Source: Eledone cirrhosa (Eukaryota). Taken from it: 64,000 nucleotides of DNA. The notes under the pieces are model-generated. The model worked only from the letters and a program-made list of their open reading frames with translations. It was not told where the DNA came from and did no database searches. Shown here piece after piece: positions 1 to 12,554 of the stretch. Positions within the stretch are counted from its first letter, which is position 1. Each line of letters opens with the position of its first letter. Position numbers and translations under genes: made by a program. The DNA is taken from positions 89,528,001 to 89,592,000 of the forward strand of contig OZ024745.1 in assembly GCA_964016885.1 (NCBI GenBank). The letters run 5' to 3'.

Positions 1-174
1 AGAAAATGCACGCTCTGCATAAATGAAAAATTTTGGATATTGCAAAATCTCAAATCACCAAAGACCTGCCTGAACACAAAGACGGAAATTTTTACCAGTT
101 GCCCACACATGAAATCACACCTGCTTTCCAGCTCATATAAACTTAACACACTTTCAGACACTTATCCTCCATAA
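1..174 (+). pseudogene. C-terminus of Penelope-like GIY-YIG endonuclease (runs off window start)
   Basis: Frame 1 translates RKCTLCINEKFWILQ...CLNTKTEIFTSCPH...*, matching the CxLCxxE...LN...E...CxH ending of the other PLE ORFs here. Confidence 0.75.
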
Positions 175-575
175 ACTCTGATTATTCTCTTTTTAATTAC
201 CCTTTCTGACTTACTTTCATTCTCATCCTTGTCGATAATTTCATTTATTTTCACTTTTATTTATTTTTTTATTTATTTTTACTTCACCCCCCCCCCCCCC
301 CCCTTTATTCTCCGATCCACTTCCTATTTTCTATTTTTTACTTCCCCTTCTTTTACTTCCCTTTTTCCTCTACTAATTGATTATACTTGTCTTTTGTGTT
401 TTCCAATCCAGATATATTTTTCATTTTTATTTTTATTTTATTTTTGCGCAGCCTATCTTACAATTTTATATTTGTATTTATTTATCCACATTTCAATATG
501 GCTGAACGCCTTAATGTGTGTATATTTTTTTTATATATGTACATGAGTGACTACGTATGTGCGCGTGCGTGCATG

Positions 576-628
<53 letters not shown>

Positions 629-1605
629 ACGTGTATGTATGCGTGTGTGTACTGGTGTTTGTGTGTGTGCGTGTGTGTATATTATGCGTATGTGTAAGTG
701 TCTTTATATCCGCGTTTTTGACATTTCGGTTTTATATTTTTTTGTTTCTTCTTTTTTATTTTTTATTTTTTCTTCTCCCCCCCCTTCCCTCTTTTGTTAC
801 TTACCCAGTTTCATACATGGGCATGCTAACAGGTTTATATGCGCGAGTATAAGTATGTGTGTGTGTGTATGTACGTATCGAACGTATGGAAGTGTAAGCG
901 CGCGTGTGTATATAAGCATAATTATTTTTACATTTCTTTTGTGAGACACGCGTGTCTGTGTATGTATGTACCCCCGCTTTTTTTGTTTTCTTTAATTTTT
1001 TCTTTCTATCTTGTCTTTCTAATTTATCGTTACTATATTTTTATAAATATATCGTAATAGATACTTTTCTTTTATTTATTATACTCTCTTCATCTCCTTT
1101 CTTTCCGCATCTAAATGTACGAGTGTCCAGGCGTTTTTATGCGCGCGACTTTATTTTCTTATTTTTACGAAGTAACCATTTCCGTCTGCATAATACAGAC
1201 ATATAGATACATTTGCCCTAAATTTTTATAATTACGCACACTTTCTAACCATACATTTACACGTGCACATATACATATATGCACATCTATGAGCGTATAT
1301 ACATACACATACACACACCTAACTATTTTTCTTGATAGATTTTTATATATTTCAATTTCTATTTCATTTATCTATATATTTTTTTGATTTTCTTGATGTG
1401 TTTTTCTAAGTATTTGCCCATGTTTTATATTGCCTCGTCTGGCGAACGAATGAAGTCGTTTATTTCGTATTCGCCTCATTCGGGAAACCTCTGGTAATAA
1501 GGTAATAATATTGTATTGATTTTATACATTAAATTTTGCTTTGATACTGACATAGAGCACTCTTCATTTCTATGACCTTTTCTGTTTCTAACTGAAATTT
1601 CAATA

Positions 1606-1608
<3 letters not shown>
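175..1608 (+). mobile_element. Long pyrimidine/microsatellite-rich 3' UTR/pLTR of the PLE
   Basis: Follows the GIY-YIG stop, carries a terminal HHR-like fold and ends at a (TA)n tract like other PLEs here. Confidence 0.55.
1428..1507 (+). ncRNA. Degenerate type I hammerhead ribozyme
   Basis: Stem I TATTGCCTCGT/ATAAGGTAATA, core CTGGCGA (A6G), stem II CGAATGA/TCATTCG, GAAAC-CTCTG-GTA. Confidence 0.6.
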
Positions 1609-1649
<41 letters not shown>

Positions 1650-1652
<3 letters not shown>

Positions 1653-2590
1653 CGGGTAAAATTCACGAGATCCATGGACGAGTTCTCTCCAGCGGTCTCT
1701 GTCCCCCATTATCGCTGCCATGTCCTGCATCTCCAAGAGACCAGTGTCTGTCCTTAGGGCATCAACATACTTTAATCTTGGTCTTCCTCTTCCAGTGTGT
1801 CCATGTAGGGTCTCCCACAGGAGCACTGAGTGCAATGTCAACTCTGGATGTGGGTGAGCACGTCCAGCTAACCTCAGTCTCCTCTGTGTCACTTTTGAGC
1901 TGACTTTTGGGAGGCTCCCATACAGCTCTGAGTTTTTTATCCTCAGTGTATACTGATCAATGTTCAGAGCCATCCTCAGCATTCTCGTGCAGCACCCATC
2001 CACCATCTGAGTGAGTTTCTTGGTTAGTGTCCAAGTCTCAGACCCGTACAGCAGCACAGACTCCACTACAGGAATGAAGAGATGGATTTTCATGTCTTTA
2101 CGAAGGTCCGTGGCACGATCTCAAGCTGTGGCACGCCGTCCAGGCTTTGCTCCTCCACTCAACAACATCATCTTCCGTATTCCCAATCTTTGCTCCCAAA
2201 TACAGGAAGCCCGCAACCAATTCTAACGGCTTCCCGCCTACATTAGTGATACCCTCTGGCTTCTCAACATTCTCTACCAGATATTTTGTTTTAGTCTCAT
2301 TCATTCTCAGCCCCACACTCATCGACACAGTCTCAACCTCTCGCATCAAATCCCCTGCTTCCTTCACTGTATTTGTCACCACAACTATGTCGTCGGCAAA
2401 TTCAGCATCTGATACCTTTTTCGCCTTAACTCTCCTGCTCTGAACCGGTGCTACAGTAAAGCCAGAGTCCTGGTGTTTATCCAGTGCAAGGTGCATACAA
2501 TAGTCCACTACGATGATAAAAAGGTAGGGCGCCAATGTATCTCCCTGGAGCACTCCAGCCAGTATCTCAAAGAACTCTGTCATCCCTCTG
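1650..2590 (-). mobile_element. 5'-truncated RTE/RTEX-type LINE, RT domain to 3' end, frameshifted
   Basis: GVLQGDTLAPYLFIIVVDY, EFADDI, FLYLG, ESVLLYGSETWTLT, GRGRP, DRDRWR motifs over two frames; 3' end abuts (TA)n. Confidence 0.88.
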
Positions 2591-2970
2591 TCAAACGCAT
2601 GCGCAGAGAAGACAAAAAATAAACAAATAAATAAATAAATAAACAGACTAAATAAAGATGGCGAAGGCATTCAATGCAACGGGAGGAAACATAATAGCAC
2701 CACTGACGATGTTGCAGATGTGCAACGAAAGAACTTTGATAGACTATATATATGTGTTTGTGTCTATATTGTATCTGTATTTTGTACCGTTGGTCAGTCA
2801 ATGGCCACATTGAGGACCGAATAAATTAAATTAACCGATATAAAAGACACAGAAGCGAAAACCAACCCAACAGTGTGTGTGTTCTGTTATTAATTCTGGC
2901 AATATTATTACACAAATATGACCCTCCCCAAGTATAACAATATATTGGCAGCATGACCCTCCCAAAGTAT

Positions 2971-2975
<5 letters not shown>
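2590..2975 (+). mobile_element. Solo PLE 3' terminal repeat fragment (related to the 37.5-42.4 kb family terminus)
   Basis: Ends ...catgaccctcccaaagtataacaat+(AT)n like 37508/42352; second copy at 4119-4376 (-); terminus fragment at ~32366-32440. Confidence 0.7.
2695..2746 (+). ncRNA. HHR, GAAC-loop family (weak stem I)
   Basis: CTGACGA-T-GTTGC/GCAAC-GAAA-GAAC-TT; same layout as 42153-42199 with a different but paired stem II. Confidence 0.5.
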
Positions 2976-3022
<47 letters not shown>

Positions 3023-3070
3023 GTTGTACTGCCTCTCTGTTTTGTTCCTGTTCAATTTTTCATTATATAT

Positions 3071-3123
<53 letters not shown>

Positions 3124-3151
3124 ATCAAAAGTTGGTTAAAAGAGTTCCATG

Positions 3152-3222
3152 TATTTTATTATGCGCATTTCAAAAATAAATATCATCATGCGATGACATT
3201 TGCGTTTTTGTCAGATAAAATA
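3152..3222 (-). ncRNA. HHR (core G8A decayed), family shared with 52416-52486
   Basis: Stem I TATTTTAT/ATAAAATA, CTGACAA, long stem II AAATGTCATC/GATGATATTT, GAAA-TGCGCA-TA. Confidence 0.65.
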
Positions 3223-3316
3223 GGGAGACATGATATGTGAATAGTGCAGTTTTAAGTCAACATATCATATATTAGTTTTAAATATCATATATTAGTTTTA
3301 AATCAACATATCATAT

Positions 3317-3517
3317 CAGAGCAAACAGCACGGACACTCTATCTCAAAATTATTTTTGAAAAGCATTTAGAAATGCGCAACCGGTAAAAACTTAAAAACT
3401 TAAAACCACAACGGAATACTAACCCATGCAATCACTAATACTCTTTTATTCCTAATTAAACCATTTTTCAACTGTGAACAATTTGTCAGCATTTTCTATT
3501 CCATTTACCAATATATT

Positions 3518-3549
<32 letters not shown>

Positions 3550-3553
3550 TAAG

Positions 3554-3645
<92 letters not shown>

Positions 3646-4103
3646 AATATATATATATGTATATATATATATAGTTAAAAGAATAGAGGTGTAACACACA
3701 AGTTATTATATATTGGTAAACGGAATAGAAAACTCTGACAAATTGTTCACAGTTGAAAAAAGGTTTAATTAGGAATAAAAGAGTATTAGTAATTGTATGG
3801 GTTAGTATTCAGTTGTGGTTTTAAGTTTGTAAGTTTTTACCGTAAGTTTTCTAAATGCTTTTCAAAAATAATTTTGAGACAGAGTGTCCGTGCTGTTTGC
3901 TCTGATCAGAGCAAACAGCACGGACACTCTGTCTCAAAATTATTTTTGAAAAGCATTTAGAAATGCGCAACCGGTAAAAACTTACAAACTTAAAACCACA
4001 ACGGAATACTAACCCATGCAATTACTAATACTCTTTTATTCCTAATTAAACCTTTTTTCAACTGTGAACAATTTGTCAGCATTTTCTATTCCGTTTACCA
4101 ATA
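3317..4103. repeat. Dispersed ~195-bp repeat; one copy plus a spacerless palindrome of two copies (3711-4103)
   Basis: cagagcaaacagcacggacactct... at 3317, 3906 and inverted at 3711-3905; further copies at ~45270-45490 and 51872-52230. Confidence 0.85.
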
Positions 4104-4118
4104 TATATATATATATAT

Positions 4119-4376
4119 AATGTTATACTTGGGGAGGGTCATATTTGTGTAATAATATTGCCAGAATTAATAACAGAACACACTCACTGTTTGGTTGGTT
4201 TTCGCTTCTGTGTCTTTTATATCGGTTAATTTAATTTATTCGGTCCGCAATGTTGCCATTGACTGACCAACGGTCAAAAATACAGATACAATATAGACAC
4301 AAACTTATATATAGTCTATCAAAATTCTTTCGCTACACATCTGCAACATCGTCAGTGGTGCTATTATGTTTCCTAC
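4119..4376 (-). mobile_element. Second solo PLE terminal fragment with HHR-like fold at 4312-4363
   Basis: Reverse complement of ~2685-2940. Confidence 0.7.
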
Positions 4377-4379
4377 CTT

Positions 4380-4560
4380 CTCGGACCGCGTGGTGTGTTG
4401 TTTCCTTGAGCAAGACGCTTTATTTCACGTGCTCCTGTTTACTCAGCTGTAGAAAAGTGTACTGGCCTGCCCGCCCAGCTAAATATGCTAAAACAGCACG
4501 ACGTGTTATGACCAGCGGCACCGATTGGCGCCCGACAGACTGGTCGGTCAAGGTGATCAA
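4380..4560 (+). mobile_element. SINE fragment with conserved central domain
   Basis: gtttccttgagcaagacgctttatttcacgtgctcc...actcagctgta motif typical of metazoan SINE cores; related piece at ~30345-30392 (-). Confidence 0.55.
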
Positions 4561-4564
4561 AGTG

Positions 4565-4597
<33 letters not shown>

Positions 4598-4977
4598 TGT
4601 ATGTATGTATGTATGTATACATACATATAGCCACACACATATAGGTGTCTGTGTGAGTGTGTGTGAGTGTTAACTTTATTTTAACAATTAAACTGATGCG
4701 ACTTTCACGCTCCTTCCTGGTATTCTTTCATTTGTGTTCCTTCTGCACTGTCTAGCTCATTGATCCCTACGTGTTTGTGAGCCTTTGCCTGGTCCAACTT
4801 TCTTGGTCTAATTCTCATGCCTTGTCCAATTTTTTTGGTCTATTTCTAATGCTTGGTCTAAATCTCTTAGTCAAATTCTAATACTTAGTCTAATTCTCTT
4901 GATCTATTTCTAATACTCAGGCAAATTCTCCTGTCTTAGTCTCTATAGTTGACATGTTATTAATGTTTATAATATAT

Positions 4978-5132
4978 TTTCCTTTCGTCAATGCTGCTTC
5001 TGTACATATAGCTAATCAAAATCTCATATTAATTGTTCTGGTAAATCTATGTACTCTCTCTAGTAGTGTCTGTAATTGAATGTCATCTGCAATCAACAGC
5101 ATGAGGTTGTATATATCTAAAAGTCAATTGAC
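4978..5132 (-). pseudogene. Heavily decayed non-LTR RT fragment (R4/Dong-like motifs 5-7)
   Basis: VN*LLDIYNLMLLIADDIQLQTLLERVHRFTRTINMRF*LAICTEAALTKGK resembles INHLLYMDDLKL...L..V..FS..I.M.FG..KC....GK. Confidence 0.45.
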
Positions 5133-6830
5133 TGTCTATCAGAAGAGGAGTGATGGTATCTACATCGAATATATCTTAGAACTAATAAATTATATCTACA
5201 TGTGTTTGATATGGTTTTAACCGTTTATACAACCCAACATACATCCCTCACACACTGACGCACCAATACATACACACACTCAAACATATATGTATGTATT
5301 TATGTATGTATGTATGTCAGGTCACCAGTTGGTGCTACTGGTAACATGTATCCCAGTACAACCTGTCTTATGGTCGGGTCGTTGGCGACTAAACTGGCAA
5401 CCCCACCAAGGTTTCTTGGTGAGGAGGGTGACTTTTGACATCCTGCAGGACTAAAAACAAAACCTGTCAAAGGGCAAAGGAGCTCTTAAGAGTCAATGGC
5501 CATCCAAAATCACCGGGAGAGATGACCCCTTAGCCTTTGTCAAGGCAGAATTCTAGGAGAAGGAAAACTCTGATATAACACCTGCAGCCCTGATGGTATC
5601 CAATGATGTTGACATGTTCTTCTTTTTGGTAAATATCATCTTGGTTAAGAGAGTGGGACTGGTTTTGTGCAGTGCCTTTGCTCACTATAAAAGCTTCACG
5701 GCACAGGCATTGCTTTATATCTGGAGATCTCTCTGCATTTGTCGTCACATTGTACCATGGGCCCAGCACTATGTGTCAATAATTGTCACAAGTGTAGTGT
5801 TTGTACCAGAGTTTTCAAGTCGCTGGCTGGACTAAAAAGTCACACTCGTACAGGACATCGGTAGGGGTTCTCCTACATGGATATAAAGTAGTGGCCGTAC
5901 TCGAAAACGAGTTGGCAGCCACCATGTATGCATGTATACAGGACATTCCTCTAAGAGAAGGCAACTCAGGAGACTGGGATAACTCCGATATAAAACCTGC
6001 GGCTCAGTAGTTACCGATGATGTTGATCTTTTCTACTGTCGCTCAGAGAGTTGGATTGGCTCAGTGCACAGTCTTTCTTCACTTTAAAAAAAATCTTCAC
6101 GCACAAGCATTGCACGATAGCATTAATTAATAATTACTAATAATGTTATATCATGCAACGGCCATACTCCATATCGCCGGGGCATCCATCATCATGTACG
6201 TATGTATGTGTGTATGTATGCATGAATGTATGTATGTATGCATGTATGTATTTATGTCTGCCTGGTGGTATGTGTGTATGTGTGTATATATATATGTGCG
6301 AGTATGTAGGTATGTGTGTAATTATGTATGTGTGTATGTATATATATATGCTTGCATGTATGTATAAATGCATGTATATGTGTGTGCACGTGAGCATGTT
6401 TGCCGGTATCATAAAGTAGTTTTAATATTTATTGCCTTAGAGTACTTACTGATTCTATTTACCTCATAGAGAAATCATATATATTTAATCTATAAAACGA
6501 AGATTATATTATCTCTTATTACCGCTCAATATATCACGAACAGAATTGAACCGAAGAATTATTGTTCTGATATCAGTGAAGTGTTATCGATGTAAAGTTT
6601 AAAACAATTCAATATAACTTAATTTTTGCACGGAGAACGCAACAACAACTACAACGGCTACAAAACAACCACAGTCTCTCTGCGATCGTTTAAAATACAG
6701 AATGGATTAGGGCTTAAATTTCTTTGATCATAGATCTAATCAATTATGGCTGATCTCGGCTTATACACGAACACTAGCACACACATATTCAGCGCATACA
6801 AATTTATGTCTTGTAATCCGAAATTTTTAA

Positions 6831-7100
6831 AATCAATATAAACTGTAGGGATTATATCAAATGTTATAAGCTATTTTTTTCTGGACAGCTCTGCAATAAA
6901 TGCCAATCTAAATCTGTATAAAATCAATGAATAAATAATTTCTATAGCGGATTTTGTCAAAAATTACATTTTTCCAAAGATTACCTATAGAATATGAATA
7001 GATAATGGTTTTTGAGGTACATGGCCAATAATTTTGGGAGAGGGGAAAGTCTATTAAATCAACCCCAGTGTGTTACTGGTACTTTATTTTATTGACCCGT
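6831..7100 (+). repeat. Local duplication (second copy ~10250-10530) including a SINE tail
   Basis: atcaatataaactgta...ctggacagctctgc...agattacctatagaatatgaatagataatgg occurs at both sites. Confidence 0.85.
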
Positions 7101-7572
7101 AAGGATAAAAAGTAAAGCTAACCTCGGCGCGTTTTGAACTCAGAATGTAAAGGGACAAAACATGTTGTCCGACGCTCTACCGACACTGCCAATCCACTGC
7201 CCTCCTAGGCTCTGTAATAATGGCTTCTGATTTAGGATCAAGGCCAACAATTTTTTGGGAAGGGGAAAGTCGATTAAATCAACGCAGTGTGTTAATGGTT
7301 CTTTATTAGCAAAGCTAACCTCGGCGGAATTTGAACTCAAAACTTAAATGATCGTAACTAGATTCTGCCAATTCACCGCCCGTGAGAAAAAAAAATTGTT
7401 TCTACTTTTGACACAAGGCCAGCAATAAACCAGTGCATTACTGGTACTTTATTTTATCGAACCCGTAAGGATGAAAGGCAAAGTTAACCTCGGCAAGGTT
7501 TGAACTCAGATCATAACTCAATGTTGCAAAGCATGGCATCGGATCCTCTGCAAATACTGCCAATCTGTCGCT
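7003..7572 (-). mobile_element. Three tandem copies of a tRNA-derived SINE (7003-7203, 7215-7381, 7395-7572)
   Basis: Head ggcggtggattggcagtatcggtagagc (A-box-like), gagttcaaat (B-box), tail gtaccagtaa...ggccttgtgccaaaagtagaaacaatt. Confidence 0.85.
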
Positions 7573-7595
7573 TGCTGTGACTAAATAAAAGTCAC

Positions 7596-7737
7596 AGGAG
7601 TACTCAATACCGAAGTAGAGTTTTAACATTCACTTTATTAATAACGTGATAAACAGGCGAAACTCCAGAATGACAAGACTCAGTATCTAGCCTTAATAAA
7701 TAAATATTAAATTTCTACTTCGGTATTGAGTACTCCT
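7596..7737. repeat. ~35-bp terminal inverted repeats around a short spacer (MITE-like)
   Basis: aggagtactcaataccgaagtaga ... tctacttcggtattgagtactcct. Confidence 0.6.
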
Positions 7738-8337
7738 TTGCTTTGGCCGTCAACTACATACACTTCTGTTTCATATGAACGAAATTGAATCTTTGACATA
7801 AAAATGAAATTAAAATTAATTAAATGGGAAATTAGTAGTGCTGTGATTACTGATCCGAACATCCACTGAAGAGCATTAGACTTTTAACTCTCTCCACTAA
7901 ATTGCGAAACAGTTCTACCCAAAGCTGCCTGGATGTTGACAGTTATCAAAATCAGTTTGTAAATCTTAATTTATCCTTTTGCTCTTCTGAACTGTATTAT
8001 CTTTAGTCAGTATGTTCTTCACATATATGTATATATCTGTGTTTGACTCTATTTATTTAATCCACCATAAGTTTTGATGAAGTTGACAATAACAAAAACC
8101 GTAGTATTTCAAGAACTAGATGTGCTATGGGGGGAAAACTAAAGAGACAATTGAAACTATTTGATGTTTTTTTCGTTTCACAGACTTCAATCGTTAACAT
8201 CACGAACTGAAGAAAATATTTAATTTGAAAAATTAAACACATATATTCATGTTTTTCATGTACCCAAACAATAACATATTGAAAGTGAAAATTCACAACA
8301 TCGTATAAAGACAGATTATTAATTCTGTTATAGTACT

Positions 8338-8726
8338 TACGTTCTGAGTTCAAATACCGCCGAGGTTAGCTTGACTTTTATTCTTACGGAGTCGATAAAA
8401 TAAAGAACCAGTCACGCACTGGGGTCGATTTAATCGGTAATTTCTGGCCTTGTGCCAAATGTAGAAACAATTATTTTAGCACTGAGAAAGGCGGTGGATT
8501 GGCACTATCAGTAGAGCGTCGGACGCCATGCTTTGCAGCATAGAGTTAAGGCTCTTTATGATCTGAGTTCAAATCCCGCCAAGGTTAACTTTGCTTTTCA
8601 TCCTTATGGGGTCGTTAAAATAAAGTACCAGTGGAAAATTCGATTAAATCGACCACAGTGGTCGATTTAATCGACTTTTCTACCACGAAAATTGTTGGCC
8701 TTGTGTCTATATAAGAAACCATTATT
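8338..8726 (+). mobile_element. Two tandem tRNA-derived SINE copies (8338-8476 truncated, 8488-8726 full)
   Basis: Same SINE consensus; both followed by attatttt(a/g)gcactgagaaa. Confidence 0.85.
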
Positions 8727-9290
8727 TTGGCACTGAGAAAAACATGCAAAGAATTGTAACCGAAAATGTAAAGACACTCACAGATTATTGACTTCCGCTA
8801 CTGCTACGTTCAATGGCGAAAATGTTGAAATCACCGTGTGACATCCTAAGGGTCGTATTTTGAAGAAGATAACTTGTAATTTCATGTAAGTTTAATATAC
8901 ATTTAAATAAAAGTAACCTTACTTTTAGGAATCTCCTCGTATATCTTTATTTGTTTGTGTATATGTGTTTGTGCATGTGTGTGAGAGTGTGTGTGCGTGT
9001 GCGTGTGTGTGCCTATGTGTGTGTATGAGTGTATGTGTGTGTGTATGTGTGTATATATATGTGTGTGTGTACGTGTGTGCCTGTGTGTGTACGTGTATTT
9101 TATAGAACGCCTCAGTTGAGAATTGCTTGACACGAAATCTTGGCTAGAATAATATGCACAAGTTTCCAAGTCTATCAGTCTTTCTTTGTTTCTTGCTTCT
9201 CAGTCTCTAAATCTCCCACCCTAACCCTATCTCTACCCCAATCTCTATTTTTATCACTATCTCTCTCCCCCCTCTCTCTCTCTCTCTCGC

Positions 9291-9337
<47 letters not shown>

Positions 9338-9816
9338 TGCTTCACTATATATTCGTCCTTTCTTTCTAATAAGTCATTACACATTCAGTCAAACTCTTGA
9401 ATTACAAATCCAGTTTTAAAACATTAAAGGATTCTCCAACTCATGACTAATCGTTGGCCAAATAAGATCAAACACATGTTCTTCACTTCAAATATTAATT
9501 CCTTTTCTATCCAACTTCATACAAGAAGAAATGTCAGTTTGAAGAATCTAAATAGTGAAAAGGAAAATGTCCTTTATTCAAGGGTTTGGAAATCTTCAAG
9601 AACTTTTGGCGCTGAAATTCAAAATTGTACGTGTAAATGTCTCGGCTGAAAAGATTAAAGCACAAAAGAAAGAGAATAGAACAATGACCACTTGTAGTTT
9701 TAAAACAAATTCCAATATTTGTGTTATTGAATCGATCAAATGAATCCCATTGTTTTATACGTCAGTAATTTAATGAATACTCCTAAGACCAGCAACGACT
9801 ATGAAGTTCTATTCTC

Positions 9817-10221
9817 GGTGGATTAGCAGTATCGGTAGAGCATCAGACAATATGCTTTGCAGCATAGAGATACGGCCCCTTTAAGATCTGAGTTCAAATC
9901 TTGCCGAGGTTAACTTTGTCTTTCATCCTTATGGGGTCGATAAAATAAAGTACCAGTAATTCACTGGATTAATTTCTGTCCTTGTGTCAAAAGTAGAAAC
10001 AATTATTTTGTCATACCAGTTTACTATTAGAATAAGCCAATAATAATTGTTTCTAATTTTGGCACAAGGCCAGCAATTACCCCCAATGTATTACTGGTGC
10101 TTTATTTTATCGACCCCGTAAGGATGAAAGGCAAATTTAACTTCGGTGGTATTTGAACTCAGAACGTAAAGCGCCATAACTCTATGCTGCAAACCACTAC
10201 CGATACTGCCAAACCACCACC
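9817..10221. mobile_element. Tail-to-tail SINE pair (9817-10008 +, 10040-10221 -)
   Basis: SINE consensus on both strands separated by ~30 bp. Confidence 0.85.
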
Positions 10222-10434
10222 CATAATAATTGTTTCTAATATAAGCACAATCAATATAAACTGTAAGGATTATAACAAATGTTATAAGCTATTTTTTCTG
10301 GACAGCTCTGCTATAAATGCCAATCTAAATCTTTATAAAATCAATACATAAATAATTTCTATACCAGATTGTGTCAAAAATTCCAATATTCAAAAGTTAT
10401 ATTTCTCCAGAGATTACCTATAGAATATGAATAG

Positions 10435-11063
10435 ATAATGGTTCCTGATTTAGGTACATGGCCAATAATTTGGAGGAATAGGAAGGCAATTAAATCGACC
10501 CCAGTGTGTTACTGGTACTTTATTTTATCACCTCCTCCAATATGAAAAGCAAACCTAACCTCAACGTAAAGGGCCGTAACTCTGTGTCGTGAAGCATATT
10601 GTCCGACGCTCTACTGATATTGCGATTCCACCGCCCTGAATAAAGCAATACTAACAACATGGTTTGAGCACAGGTTAAAATTAGACATAAATCATACCGT
10701 AAAAATAATAGATTTTAATTTCCGTTAACCATGGGCAATTTACATAAATCTGTGTGCCAGAGTATACAAAGTTATTTTCATGTTTTTCATAGTCAATTGT
10801 GTAAAAATTGTGAAGCGAATTAGATAACGTTTTTATAGAAATATCCATGAATATCTATTTTATAAATTCAATTAAACAATTGTTTCTACATTTGGCACAA
10901 GGCCAGCAATTACCCAGTACGTTACTGGTACTTTATTTTATCGACTCCGTAAGGATGAAAGGCAAAGTTAACCCCGGTAGGATTTGAACACAGATCGTAA
11001 GGGGACGTAACTATGCTGGAAAGCATGTCCGACCCTCTACCGATACTGCCAATTCACTGCCCT
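10435..11063 (-). mobile_element. Two SINE copies (10435-10637, 10877-11063)
   Basis: SINE consensus in reverse orientation. Confidence 0.8.
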
Positions 11064-11424
11064 TCAATAAATTCAATTAAATAATACATTGTAAAATTAT
11101 AGGCCTTCGCTCTTTTTATAATTCATATACGCTATCGAATCTTGGCATTGAAACGGAAAAGAGAGAGAATTAAATATACCAGCAGAAAAACCACCCTTCG
11201 GGTTGTTTTCTGCAAGCATGTGTAGTGTGCATATTGATATTACACGCAAGTATACATGCATGTAGATATGATACGTCAAATAAAATCGTAATTGATAATA
11301 TGCACAGAAATTGAAGGTAGACTGTGTTTCACTCTCTTCTGTAACCAGTAAAGTAATCCATGATACAATTAAAAAAGACGATATTATATATAGACTGCAT
11401 TGCGGTGAAATGTAATGAAAACGA

Positions 11425-11856
11425 AAAAGGAGAAAATTAGCAATAGAAAATATCATAACCGGAAGTATTTACATTTGAAAATTTAAAAGAACGTGAATCT
11501 TAAAATAAGCAATCATTATATATAAGAATATTTATGTTTAATCAACAGCTACGAAATTTAGTACATAAATTAGGTAATATTCATTCATTATTTATTCAAA
11601 GTAATGAATGAATATTACCTAATTTATGTACTAAATTTCGTAGCTGTTGATTAAACATAAATATTCTTATATATAATGATTGCTTATTTTAAGATTCACG
11701 TTCTTTTAAATTTTCAAATGTAAATACTTCCGGTTATGATATTTTCTATTGCTAATTTTCTCCTTTTACGGGGTCGATAAAATAAAGTACCAGTAATGCA
11801 CTGGGTAATTGCTGGCCTTGTGCCAAAAGTAGAAACAATTATTTATTCAAAGTAAT
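11425..11856. repeat. 166-bp perfect foldback of flanking DNA joined to a 5'-truncated SINE (11768-11841), with 19-bp TSD
   Basis: Arms 11425-11590 / 11602-11767; attatttattcaaagtaat at 11587-11605 and 11838-11856. Confidence 0.85.
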
Positions 11857-12496
11857 CCAATTTATTTTACTAACTGGATAAAAAAAATATATTCAGTCCC
11901 GCAATATATTATAATGCCTTTACTATATTATGATGCATTTTATAAGCTGATCGAAACAGACACCACCACAGATATTTTTTTAAGTGACTCTGCTTTGATT
12001 CACTGTTAAAAATCATTATTTTGGGGGAAATTCTGCGGATCAGTGCAAATAATTCTTTGTTTTATTTAGTTGCGTCATTCTATGTTTTGGTGTTAGAATT
12101 CTTCAAAGATTAACTATATTTCATTCTTTTCTAGTCATTAAAATCAGTACATAGGTACAGTTAAATATTTGTGTTCATGCAAATATTATAAGTTCCTGAA
12201 AAGGAATTACCATATCCTTGTTATATATTATGATTATTAAGCTGGTGCTTGGTTGGACAAGACGCTATGAAGTACTCACTGTTCTGAAATACCTAATCTA
12301 TTTACACCGAGTGGCGGCATTATGATATTTACTTTATAGAATATTTAAGTTTTAATTCCCAGATCCATAGAATATTGTTGTAATACACTAAATCGCCTGC
12401 ACCCCACGAGCTACTTACAATTTGAAATCACATGCCATTAAGAGAAATATATATATACTATCACATATACATAATAAACATGCATCGTATATATAA

Positions 12497-12547
<51 letters not shown>

Positions 12548-12554
<7 letters not shown>

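Noticed and set aside
229-1206. Long hydrophobic or YI/CV/HT-repeat ORFs here and throughout the window
   Set aside because: They are translations of (TA)n, (TG)n and T-rich tracts that lack stops by composition.
5318-6120. GC-richer segment as host exon or LINE 5' UTR ribozyme
   Set aside because: Looks like an old repeat (ctaggagaaggaaaactctga), but no protein motif or HDV-like fold could be supported.
8488-8580. tRNA gene
   Set aside because: A/B-box-like motifs belong to the SINE head; no complete cloverleaf, and the sequence continues into the SINE body.
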